From Patescibacteria group bacterium (GTDB taxonomy: Bacteria; Patescibacteriota; Minisyncoccia; Phycocordibacterales; SIBU01), in contig JAZJZC010000003.1 in assembly GCA_040390045.1 (NCBI GenBank), positions 66,115-117,668 on the forward strand: a DNA stretch of 51,554 nucleotides, given 5' to 3'. The notes under the pieces were generated by a model. The model was not told where the DNA came from and did no database searches. It worked only from the letters and a program-made list of their open reading frames with translations. Below, one piece after another: positions 8,770-16,225 of the stretch. Positions within the stretch are counted from its first letter, which is position 1. Each line of letters begins with the position of its first letter. Position numbers and translations under genes: made by a program.

Positions 8770-8841
8770 TGCTCCCGGCAGGAATCGAACCTGCATTTCT
8801 CCCTTCGCAGGGGAGTGTCCTATCCATTGAACGACGGGAGC
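8770..8841 (-). tRNA. tRNA-Arg(GCG)
   Basis: Minus strand sequence is GCTCCCG..CGGGAGC-A. Anticodon stem CTCCC/GGGAG, loop CTGCGAA, T arm GCAGG-TTCGATT-CCTGC. No CCA. Confidence 0.9.
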
Positions 8842-8849
8842 GTCGGTGA

Positions 8850-8878
8850 AGTGTAAAACGAAAAGCAAAAAATGTAAA
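8850..8878 (-). promoter_or_regulatory. sigma70-like promoter of tRNA-Arg(GCG)
   Basis: On the minus strand: TTTACA, 17 nt, TACACT, then 8 nt to the tRNA 5' end. It is nearly identical to the promoter of tRNA-Arg(TCT). Confidence 0.6.
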
Positions 8879-8924
8879 ATTCCGCGTCTTCCGCGTTTGT
8901 TCTGCGAAGTTCCGCGTGGCTTCA

Positions 8925-9392
8925 CTAAAAACCCAAATATTCTAAAACTCTTTTGGCGAGCGGCTCACTATGCTCTTCTTCTGGAAGATATTTTTTAAGG
9001 TGGTCATGTACTGTGTCGGCAGGAATGTCTCGAATCGGAATTACGATGTAGGGTAATAATTTCTTTTTTGATTTTAAAATAATTTTATGTTCAACGTGTT
9101 GATCTTCAACACAAAAAGATTCTATCGATGAATAGAGATAGCGAATTTTACCCTCTTGAATGCCTCGGTTGTCGAGTTTAATTGGTAAAAGATTTGGCTT
9201 GCGGTTGGCGTAGAGCATCAGGGTACACAAACTCAGAATAATAAAGATGGCAAATAGCACATTGTTAAAAAGAACGGCGGTGATTGCGACAGAGACGGCG
9301 ATGATTCCGACTGCCCAATACCAATCAGCACTTTTTTCCGTGTAGTTGTACTCGTAGGCTTCCCACTCGAGAACACCTTTTTTATTTTCCAT
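8925..9392 (-). CDS. hypothetical membrane protein (155 aa)
   Basis: Two adjacent TM helices (WYWAVGIIAVSVAITAVLF, AIFIILSLCTLMLY) followed by a soluble C-terminal domain. Confidence 0.55.
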   Translation of the reverse strand: MENKKGVLEWEAYEYNYTEKSADWYWAVGIIAVSVAITAVLFNNVLFAIFIILSLCTLMLYANRKPNLLPIKLDNRGIQEGKIRYLYSSIESFCVEDQHVEHKIILKSKKKLLPYIVIPIRDIPADTVHDHLKKYLPEEEHSEPLAKRVLEYLGF

Positions 9393-9438
9393 CTCTTTAT
9401 TTTACCTTGTTTTAAGAAAGTTGAGAAGTTGAGTAGGG

Positions 9439-10533
9439 TTAGAGAATGAGCAATTTTTTGCTTAAGCTCGCGCTTAGATTGATTACTCCTTTTTTGGTGA
9501 GCACCAAATCATCTTCAATGCGAACTCCGCCAATGTTGGGAATGTATATTCCAGGTTCGCAGGTTACTACAGCGCCTACTGGAAGCGGATCGGCTTGCTT
9601 TTGAGAAATAATTGGAAGTTCGTGAACTTCTAACCCGATGCCGTGGCCAGTGGCGTGGATGAAATATTTCCCGAAGCCACGCTTCGTTAAAAAAACTCGA
9701 CAGATTGCATCAAGTTTCTCTCCTGTTATTCCAGCGCGGGCTTTTGAGCACGCCAACTCTTGAGATTTCAAAACTGTCTCGTAGATGGTTTTTAGGCGTG
9801 GGGAAATTTTTCCCATGGCGAGGGTTCTCGTGAGGTCAGAACAATAGCCTTTATATTTCACACCCCAGTCGATGAGGACCAAGTCGCCAGTCTGCAATTT
9901 TTTGTCTGAAGGAGATGAGTGGGGAAGCGCGGTGTTTTTTCCGGAAGCTATGATGGTGTCGAATGACATGCTGTCGGCACCTTCTTCCCTGCAAAGAACT
10001 TCCAATCGCGCCGCGAGATATTTTTCTGACGAACCAATTTTAATTTCGGGAATTAAACGTAGGAAGCCTTTCACGGCGATTTCAGCGGCTTTTCGGATGA
10101 GTGCAATTTCCCGGGAGTCTTTGACGATTCGCAATTTTTGAAAAATTCCTTTTTTAGAAATTACTTCAATTTCCGGAATGCCAGTTTTGATATTCTCAAC
10201 GGAACTATAAAAAGTTTCTGAACCGTCAATCAAAACTTTCTGTATGTTTAATTTTCTGACGAGAGTTTTTAAGATTCCGCTCAGTGTGTCACCTGATTTG
10301 AAAATTATAACGGTAAAGCCCGCAGCTTCTTTTTGCGCTCGGCCATCATACCGCGAGTCTGTTGTGAGAAAGTTTTTTTTACTCGACATCAACAAGACTG
10401 AAGAGGAGCCCGAAAAGCCCGACAGATATTGGGTTGTCGGTTGCCCGCTTTCTTCGGAGTTTATGACAAGAAGAGCGTCGCAGGCTTCTTCCGTAAGAAG
10501 TTTTTTGATTTTTTGCTGGTGAGTCGACATCAT
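9439..10533 (-). CDS. pepP: M24 family Xaa-Pro aminopeptidase
   Basis: DLVLIDWGVKYKGYCSDLTRT, HATGHGIGLEVHE and GGVRIEDD metal-ligand motifs. The start among the clustered Met codons is uncertain. Confidence 0.85.
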   Translation of the reverse strand: MMSTHQQKIKKLLTEEACDALLVINSEESGQPTTQYLSGFSGSSSVLLMSSKKNFLTTDSRYDGRAQKEAAGFTVIIFKSGDTLSGILKTLVRKLNIQKVLIDGSETFYSSVENIKTGIPEIEVISKKGIFQKLRIVKDSREIALIRKAAEIAVKGFLRLIPEIKIGSSEKYLAARLEVLCREEGADSMSFDTIIASGKNTALPHSSPSDKKLQTGDLVLIDWGVKYKGYCSDLTRTLAMGKISPRLKTIYETVLKSQELACSKARAGITGEKLDAICRVFLTKRGFGKYFIHATGHGIGLEVHELPIISQKQADPLPVGAVVTCEPGIYIPNIGGVRIEDDLVLTKKGVINLSASLSKKLLIL

Positions 10534-10604
10534 CCCGTTACAATAACACATTCTATTTTTCTTACATTTCATTTAAGAAAAATCGCCGTCACAAAGACGC
10601 GCGA

Positions 10605-10796
10605 TTTTGTTGCGGAGGAGGTGAGAGTTTCTCCTACAATTTTTTTCGCCGTCGCTCAAAAAATCCTAGGCGCCGGATTTCCGACACTCGCTGGTGCGAG
10701 CGTAGACCGGAAAACCCGTTCGAATCTCCCACGAAAAATCTTTGATTTTTCTTTCCTCTCGCAAATTAAAACCGCCCATAAAGGCGGTTTTATTTG
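10605..10796 (-). repeat. tRNA 3'-flank structured element, Ser copy
   Basis: In minus-strand order: terminator aaaaccgcc-tttatg-ggcggtttt (10769-10792); tgcgagagga (anti-acceptor-like); inserted hairpin gaaaaatc-aaa-gatttttc; gtgggagattcgaacggg (antisense T arm); degenerate tgtaggagaaac box. A 17-nt exact direct copy of the tRNA 3' end lies at 10610-10626. Confidence 0.6.
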
Positions 10797-10883
10797 CGGA
10801 GGAGGTGAGATTCGAACTCACGACACCCTTTCGGATGTGACAGTTTTCAAGACTGTTCCGTTAGACCGCTCCGGCACTCCTCC
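10797..10883 (-). tRNA. tRNA-Ser(TGA)
   Basis: Acceptor GGAGGAG/CTCCTCC, discriminator G, anticodon loop CTTGAAA, long variable arm CACATCCGAAAGGGTGTC, T loop TTCGAAT. 87 nt. Confidence 0.9.
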
Positions 10884-10999
10884 CCGCTACCAATTCAGGC
10901 ATGATAGCCAAAAAACCCTCGATTTGCAATTTTAATTAATGTTACGTATCCCAGCTCCATGTTCTATGCTACGTGCTCCCGCCGTGTATAATGTTCTGT

Positions 11000-11383
11000 A
11001 TGGCTTTTCTAGGAATTGATTATGGAAGTAAGCGAGTCGGAATTGCGTATTCTGACGAAACGGGGAAGGTGGCATTTCCACTCGCCATTTTGCCTAACAA
11101 CAAAAGCTTGCTGCCATCAGTTGTAGGTATTATCGCGGATAAAAAAATTGAAAAAATTATTCTGGGCGAATCCAATAATCTCGACGGCACGCCAAATGCC
11201 ATCATGAAAGACATCGAGATTTTTAAAAAAAATCTTTCAGAAGCTACCGGAATTGAAATTCATTTTGAACCCGAATTCTGGACATCGTTTCAAGCTGAGC
11301 GCTGGCAGGGGAAAACGGAACTAGTGGATGCTTCTGCAGCGGCGATTATTTTACAATCATTTTTAGATAGAAATATTAAATAA
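11000..11383 (+). CDS. ruvX: Holliday junction resolvase-like RuvX (YqgF)
   Basis: MAFLGIDYGSKRVGIAYSD, GESNNLDGT and DASAAAIILQSFL. Confidence 0.85.
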   Translation: MAFLGIDYGSKRVGIAYSDETGKVAFPLAILPNNKSLLPSVVGIIADKKIEKIILGESNNLDGTPNAIMKDIEIFKKNLSEATGIEIHFEPEFWTSFQAERWQGKTELVDASAAAIILQSFLDRNIK

Positions 11384-11477
11384 CGATACTACCAATAGCG
11401 AATCACTTACGAATTTACAAATCAAAATCCATTCGTATATTTGTACAGATTTGTTATAGGTAATAAAATTGAAACGT

Positions 11478-11855
11478 ATGATCACATTTGAAGACTTTAA
11501 AAAAGTGGAGATAACTGTCGGCAAGATTTTATCTGCAGAAAAAATTCCGGATACCGACAAGTTGTTAAAGTTGTCGGTTGATTTTGGTAACACCATCAGT
11601 AGCGATTCGGGCACGAGTGTACTAACGGGGGCAGAGGTGCGGGATATTCGTCAAATTGTTTCTGGGATTTCGGCCTATTTTCCTGACCCGGCTGTTTTGG
11701 TAGGGAAGCAGTGCATGTTTGTTACCAATCTTGAACCAAGAAAAATTCGAGGTTTTGATAGCAACGGCATGCTGTTTGCGGTTTCTACTCCAGATGGAAA
11801 GTTTTCATTACTCGAACCTTCGGGCGACATCCCACCCGGAACTAAGGCGAAATAG
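11478..11855 (+). CDS. tRNA-binding domain protein (CsaA/EMAP-like)
   Basis: FKKVEITVGKILSAEKIPDTDKLLKLSVDFG...IVSGI...LVGKQCMFVTNLEPRKIRGFDSNGMLFAV. Confidence 0.75.
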   Translation: MITFEDFKKVEITVGKILSAEKIPDTDKLLKLSVDFGNTISSDSGTSVLTGAEVRDIRQIVSGISAYFPDPAVLVGKQCMFVTNLEPRKIRGFDSNGMLFAVSTPDGKFSLLEPSGDIPPGTKAK

Positions 11856-11943
11856 TATAAGTAGCAGGTAGTAAGTAGTGGGTAGATGTGAAATAATTCG
11901 CCTAGCCTATTTACTACTAACTACTCACTGTCGACTAATTACT

Positions 11944-12537
11944 ATGCTTGATTTACTCGAACCTATTTTTTTGATCAAAACCCTCGGCGCTATCGGCATC
12001 ATCACGATTGCCTTCGCCGAGTCCGGATTGTTTTTCGGATTTTTTCTTCCGGGCGATTCCTTGTTGTTCACGGCCGGTCTTGTGGCATCGCAAGGCTATT
12101 TACATTTTTGGGTAATTTTATTTGGCACGGTGCTTGCCGCAATCGCGGGGGATTCGGTTGGGTATGCTTTTGGCCGGAAGGTGGGGCCGAAACTTTTCAC
12201 ACGCGAGGATTCTTGGCTGTTTAAAAAATCCCATCTTGAACACACGAAAAATTTTTATGAAAAGTACGGCAAAAAAACTATTATTTTGGCTCGCTTCGTC
12301 CCGATCGTTCGAACCTTCGCCCCGATTTTAGCTGGTGTTGGTGGCATGGATTATAAAACCTTTATTTCATATAACATTATTGGCGGCGTGGCTTGGGCGG
12401 GAGGTATGGTAACTCTAGGCTTCACGCTTGGAAAAACTATTCCAAGCATTGACCGGTATATTCTGCCGATCGTCTTGGGGATCATTGTTGTGTCCCTTCT
12501 TCCTACGCTATTTGAATACCTCCGTAAAAAATCTTAG
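11944..12537 (+). CDS. DedA family membrane protein
   Basis: FAESGLFFGFFLPGDSLLFTAG, YGKKTIILARFVPIVRTFAPILAG. Start set at the ATG at 11944, after a word-repeat palindrome. Confidence 0.8.
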   Translation: MLDLLEPIFLIKTLGAIGIITIAFAESGLFFGFFLPGDSLLFTAGLVASQGYLHFWVILFGTVLAAIAGDSVGYAFGRKVGPKLFTREDSWLFKKSHLEHTKNFYEKYGKKTIILARFVPIVRTFAPILAGVGGMDYKTFISYNIIGGVAWAGGMVTLGFTLGKTIPSIDRYILPIVLGIIVVSLLPTLFEYLRKKS

Positions 12538-12620
12538 TAGTCACAGCTTGCCTTTCTGCCAGACACCGTAACGTAGTATACTATTGGTAAAGTTTCAAAA
12601 TGATCGTCATTTGATTTACC

Positions 12621-13712
12621 ATGAAAAAAAGTTTCTCAGAATTTTTTCCGATACCAAAATTTCTAGAAATGAGATCGGTGGGTCTCGCTATTTCTGAGCG
12701 TTCTGTCCACGCTATTGAATTTGTGAAAGGCCCCAAGGGTTTGAGGGTAGGGCGTTTTGGTCTTTGGAAAATTCCTGCCGGCGCTATTAAGGGCGGGTAT
12801 GTCAACGACAAAAAAGTGGTCACTGATGTCTTGCGCAAATTACAGAAAGACCTTTCGATTGAGTTTGTCAGCGCTTCACTTCCTGAAGAAAAAGCCTATT
12901 TGTTCAAAACAGAATTTCCTAAAGCTGGAGTGACTGATTTGCGAGAAACGATCGAATTTCGCTTGGAGGACAACGCTCCCGTGTCCGCTCGTGACTCTTT
13001 ATTTGATTTTGCGGTAATTCCCGGACAGCCGGACTCAGATCATGTCGACGTTAGCGTGTCGGTCTTGCCTACTAAGGTTGTCGAAGTGTATCTTGAAATT
13101 ATAAAAGACGCGGGATTGAAACCTGTTTCCCTTGAAGTTGAGGCCACGGCTATTAGTCGCGCTGTTGTTCCCGCAAAAAATCTCGGAACTTTTTTGATTG
13201 TAAACGTTGGCAAAGTCAGTACCTACCTTTCTATTGTCAGTCGTGGCGTTGTGCAATTTAGCATCACGATACCTATCGGCGCCGATAGCTTAACGGCTGG
13301 TATCGCTAAACATTTTGCTGTTGATATGCCGGCGGCCAAAAAAATAAAAGAGGAGCGCGGGTTTGTTAAGGCCAAAGAAAATACTGAAGTATTTTTGTCT
13401 CTCGTAGACGCAGTATCCGGCATACGAGATGAAGTGAACAAGCTTTCGGTGTACTGGCAAACTCATCGAAATTCTCCGGGGGCTACTGGCAAAAAAATCG
13501 AAAAAATAATTTTGTGTGGTCGCGACACCAGTTTGGTTGGCTTCAGTGAATATTTGTCGACCTCAGTAAAAATTCCAGTTGAACTCGCCAATGTTTGGCA
13601 GAACGCATTTTCATTCGATGATTTCACACCATCTATCAGTTTTAGAGATTCACTCAATTATGCCAGCGCCATTGGGCTAGCCTTACCAGACGAAATTAAC
13701 ATGCATGTTTAA
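12621..13712 (+). CDS. pilM: type IV pilus assembly protein PilM
   Basis: Actin-like ATPase fold pattern (GLAISERSVHAIEF, LIVNVGKVSTYLSIV, ILCGRDTSLVGFSEYL). It is followed by PilN/O-like genes. Confidence 0.8.
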   Translation: MKKSFSEFFPIPKFLEMRSVGLAISERSVHAIEFVKGPKGLRVGRFGLWKIPAGAIKGGYVNDKKVVTDVLRKLQKDLSIEFVSASLPEEKAYLFKTEFPKAGVTDLRETIEFRLEDNAPVSARDSLFDFAVIPGQPDSDHVDVSVSVLPTKVVEVYLEIIKDAGLKPVSLEVEATAISRAVVPAKNLGTFLIVNVGKVSTYLSIVSRGVVQFSITIPIGADSLTAGIAKHFAVDMPAAKKIKEERGFVKAKENTEVFLSLVDAVSGIRDEVNKLSVYWQTHRNSPGATGKKIEKIILCGRDTSLVGFSEYLSTSVKIPVELANVWQNAFSFDDFTPSISFRDSLNYASAIGLALPDEINMHV

Positions 13713-14241
13713 TCTTTTACCAACAGAGGAAAAAGAAGGATTGGCGTATGAATACAACCTGAGGCTCGTTGTGGTTGTTTTGGTTTTTTTAATGATGCTG
13801 GGCGGAGTCGCACTCATTTCTCTTGTGCCATCGTTTTTCATTTTATATCAAAAAGAGAATTTTCTCACTAATAGGGAAGCCGATTTGAAAAAAGTGGCCA
13901 CTTCGGTTTCTGGCGATAATCAGGCCACCGTCTTGAAGTTGGTGCGAGAGAAAATTACAGTGCTTGATGCTGAAAAGCTACCAACATATTTATATGAACT
14001 ACTTGGCAAAATTTTGGATAACAAGATTGCCGGAATTAGGTTGAGTGGTGTCGAAATGAGCGAGGCCAACAAAGGCATTCGGCGCATCTCTATTTTAGGC
14101 AAAGCGAAAAATAGAGACGTGTTGTTTTCTTTTAAGCAGACGTTAGAGCGTGAGCCAAGGCTGTCTGCGGTCGAAGTTCCACCCTCAAATTTTGCCTCTT
14201 CGGCTGATATAAACTTTTCTATTTTAGCCAACACAAAGTAG
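13705..14241 (+). CDS. pilN: PilN-like pilus assembly protein
   Basis: N-terminal FNLLPTEEK followed by a single TM helix. Overlaps the pilM stop by 8 nt. Confidence 0.6.
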   Translation: MFNLLPTEEKEGLAYEYNLRLVVVVLVFLMMLGGVALISLVPSFFILYQKENFLTNREADLKKVATSVSGDNQATVLKLVREKITVLDAEKLPTYLYELLGKILDNKIAGIRLSGVEMSEANKGIRRISILGKAKNRDVLFSFKQTLEREPRLSAVEVPPSNFASSADINFSILANTK

Positions 14242-14242
14242 T

Positions 14243-14827
14243 ATGAAAATATCAGATATTTCAAAAATAGGAAAAGTTTGGAAGCTTTTTTCAGTAGCAT
14301 TGCTCGGTACGGTTTTGGTGATAGCATTATACGTTTTTGTGTTTTCACAAATCTCTCAAAAAAAACAGCACATTGAAGCGTTGGCCAACTCTATTCAAAC
14401 TTTGGAGGAACAAAATCAAGCTGTTGTGTCGGCCAAGGATAGCATTTCTGAAACCATTGATCTGCGAAATAAAATTGATGAATATTTCGTCGCTAAAGAT
14501 GGTGAAGTTAATTTTTTAAATTTTTTACAAACTCTTGGTACCGAAGAAGGCCTATCGCTTGAAGTTTCTTCGGTGAGCATTGACCCTTCACCTGCAGCTT
14601 CCGGTGTTTTTGAGCTTTTAAATTTAGAGGTGCAGGTGCAGGGTCCGTGGTCAAATGTATCCCGATTTCTTGCTCTGTTAGAGCTTCTCCCATATAAAAT
14701 TTCTATGGGTGATGTCGCTATACGCAAACAGTCTGATGCTGAACTTTCTGGAAATCAAAAAAAATCTACAGGCACAGGTCCGCAGTGGGTGGGGGATTTT
14801 AAAATGAGCCTTTTAAAATTTAAATAA
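14243..14827 (+). CDS. pilO: PilO-like pilus assembly protein
   Basis: A single TM helix, then a coiled coil QKKQHIEALANSIQTLEEQN. Position in the pilMNO operon supports the call. Confidence 0.5.
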   Translation: MKISDISKIGKVWKLFSVALLGTVLVIALYVFVFSQISQKKQHIEALANSIQTLEEQNQAVVSAKDSISETIDLRNKIDEYFVAKDGEVNFLNFLQTLGTEEGLSLEVSSVSIDPSPAASGVFELLNLEVQVQGPWSNVSRFLALLELLPYKISMGDVAIRKQSDAELSGNQKKSTGTGPQWVGDFKMSLLKFK

Positions 14828-14830
14828 ATT

Positions 14831-15172
14831 ATGAAATTGAGCAACGATATCAAGGGTTTTTATGGAAAATTTTTTGGAGCCACTCAAAAAAAGGCGGTTC
14901 CTCTTTCTCGTAGCGCCAAGACCTTGTTGCACTGGAAAATTATAGTAATTTCTTTTTTAGTGGCCGTGCTTTTGATTTTTGCGTACAGTTACTTTTTTTA
15001 CGACGACGTTGTGAGTGGTGATTTGCCACAAAATGACAAGAAAGTGACGGCGAAGTCTGCTCAAACTCTCAGCAAACAACTTGGGGCAGTGGTCAACTAT
15101 TTTGAAGTTAAAGGTGGTACTTTCCAAATTTTTAGAAATGATCGGTCAGTTCTGCCGGATCCTTCGTTGTAG
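14831..15172 (+). CDS. hypothetical single-pass membrane protein in pilus operon
   Basis: TM helix WKIIVISFLVAVLLIFAYSYFFY. It starts 4 nt after the pilO stop. Confidence 0.45.
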   Translation: MKLSNDIKGFYGKFFGATQKKAVPLSRSAKTLLHWKIIVISFLVAVLLIFAYSYFFYDDVVSGDLPQNDKKVTAKSAQTLSKQLGAVVNYFEVKGGTFQIFRNDRSVLPDPSL

Positions 15173-15188
15173 GTTTCTGGTTGTTGGT

Positions 15189-15217
15189 TTTACATTTTTC
15201 AATTTTAGCTTTACACT
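15189..15217 (+). promoter_or_regulatory. sigma70-like promoter of tRNA-Arg(TCT)
   Basis: TTTACA (15189-15194), 17 nt, TACACT (15212-15217), then 8 nt to the tRNA 5' end. Confidence 0.6.
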
Positions 15218-15225
15218 TCACCAAC

Positions 15226-15300
15226 GCCCTCGTAGCTCAATGGATAGAGCAGTGCTCTTCTAAGGCATTGATGCGGGTTCGATTCCCTCCGAGGGCACCA
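15226..15300 (+). tRNA. tRNA-Arg(TCT), CCA encoded
   Basis: Acceptor GCCCTCG/CGAGGGC, anticodon loop CTTCTAA, T loop TTCGATT, then A-CCA. Confidence 0.9.
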
Positions 15301-15414
15301 AATAAAAAATTCCCGGAAGGGAATTTTTTATTTGGTGCCCGAGAGGAGCCAACGATTTGGCTCCGTGAGGAAATTGGGGTACTGCTTTTGTAAGGGGAGA
15401 TTCGCTCGCGACTC
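15301..15414 (+). repeat. tRNA 3'-flank structured element, Arg(TCT) copy (compact)
   Basis: A 21-bp perfect hairpin (15294-15339) uses the tRNA GGCACCA end. Then come tggtgcccgaga (anti-acceptor), the inserted hairpin ggagccaa-cga-ttggctcc (15347-15365), and gtgaggaaattg. ggggtactg precedes cttt-tgtaa-gggg (15385-15397). The element ends with agattcgctcgcgactc. Confidence 0.6.
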
Positions 15415-15420
15415 AAATTT

Positions 15421-15539
15421 TGCGGTCAGGACTTTTTGTTCGGCCGTCGCCTCACAAAAGTCACGAAAGAAAGACTCGTTGTGGTCAGGAATAATTTTGT
15501 TTTCGTCAAAACAAAATTTTCACGAAGTCTCTCGACACT
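15421..15539 (+). repeat. two tandem degenerate ~59-nt units
   Basis: tgcggtcagga... (15421) and tgtggtcagga... (15480). Each unit contains a hairpin on a TTTTGT/ACAAAA core and ends in tcacgaa(a)g. Confidence 0.5.
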
Positions 15540-15638
15540 CACTACTGTTCGCCTGCCTCGACTGTTTTGTCTGCTGACGAAACATGTCTCAGGCTCGCAC
15601 AAGTCCGAAAAAATCTCCAGTCATGGAGATTTTTTGGC

Positions 15639-15792
15639 TTGTGCGCGCTGAGAGATTTCGAAACTTACAGTTTCAGTACCCGCGATTGGATTTTTTCTAC
15701 GTTCAGAAACTAGAAAAAATGCTCAATCGGGCTTCGAATCTCTCACGGAAGCGTCCCACGCTTCCTAGCGCCACAACTCACTTCGTTCGTTG
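15639..15792 (-). repeat. tRNA 3'-flank structured element, Val copy
   Basis: In minus-strand order: linker caacgaacgaagtgag; tgtggcgct (anti-acceptor); inserted hairpin ggaagcg-tggga-cgcttcc; gtgagagattcgaagccc (antisense T arm); gggtactg followed by aaac-tgtaa-gttt (15661-15681). A 19-nt exact direct copy of the tRNA 3' end lies at 15639-15657. Confidence 0.7.
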
Positions 15793-15866
15793 TGCGCGCT
15801 GAGAGATTCGAACTCCCGACCCTCGCAGTGTAAATGCGATGCTCTAACCAACTGAGCTAAGCGCGC
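15793..15866 (-). tRNA. tRNA-Val(TAC)
   Basis: Acceptor GCGCGCT/AGCGCGC, anticodon stem TCGCA/TGCGA, loop TTTACAC, T arm GGGAG-TTCGAAT-CTCTC, discriminator A. No CCA. Confidence 0.9.
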
Positions 15867-15925
15867 GGATAACAATAGATTATAGCATTACTGAGTAATT
15901 ATCAAATTTTGCTATACTATGAGTT

Positions 15926-16222
15926 ATGATTCGTCAGATTGAATGTGTGGTATCAGGAAAAGTTCAGGGTGTTCTCTATCGAGATTTTACACGCCGAAAA
16001 GCGCGGAGACTCGAACTTACCGGCATCGTAGAAAACGTGCCAAATGGCACGGTATATGTTTTAGCGCAAGGTGAAGAAGAATTGCTTAAAAAATTTATCA
16101 CCGATTTAGAACAGGGCAGCATTTTTTCAAAGGTGGATGCGGTGCGTGTGTCGTGGTCAGAAGTCAGGCAAGTTTTTAAGGACTTTAGAATTCAATATAG
16201 AAATATATCTGATTGGTTTTAA
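15926..16222 (+). CDS. acyP: acylphosphatase
   Basis: VSGKVQGVLYRDFTRRKA...GIVENVPNGTVYVLAQGEEE. Confidence 0.85.
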   Translation: MIRQIECVVSGKVQGVLYRDFTRRKARRLELTGIVENVPNGTVYVLAQGEEELLKKFITDLEQGSIFSKVDAVRVSWSEVRQVFKDFRIQYRNISDWF

Positions 16223-16225
16223 GTC

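Noticed and set aside
8656-8925. 89-aa ORF on the - strand
   Set aside because: It overlaps tRNA-Arg(GCG) and its promoter completely, so it is an artefact of a stop-free stretch.
15181-15802. Four overlapping 60-81-aa ORFs between the pilus operon and acyP
   Set aside because: The region is occupied by two tRNA genes, their promoters and flank elements. The ORFs have no RBS, overlap each other in different frames and translate tRNA sequence.
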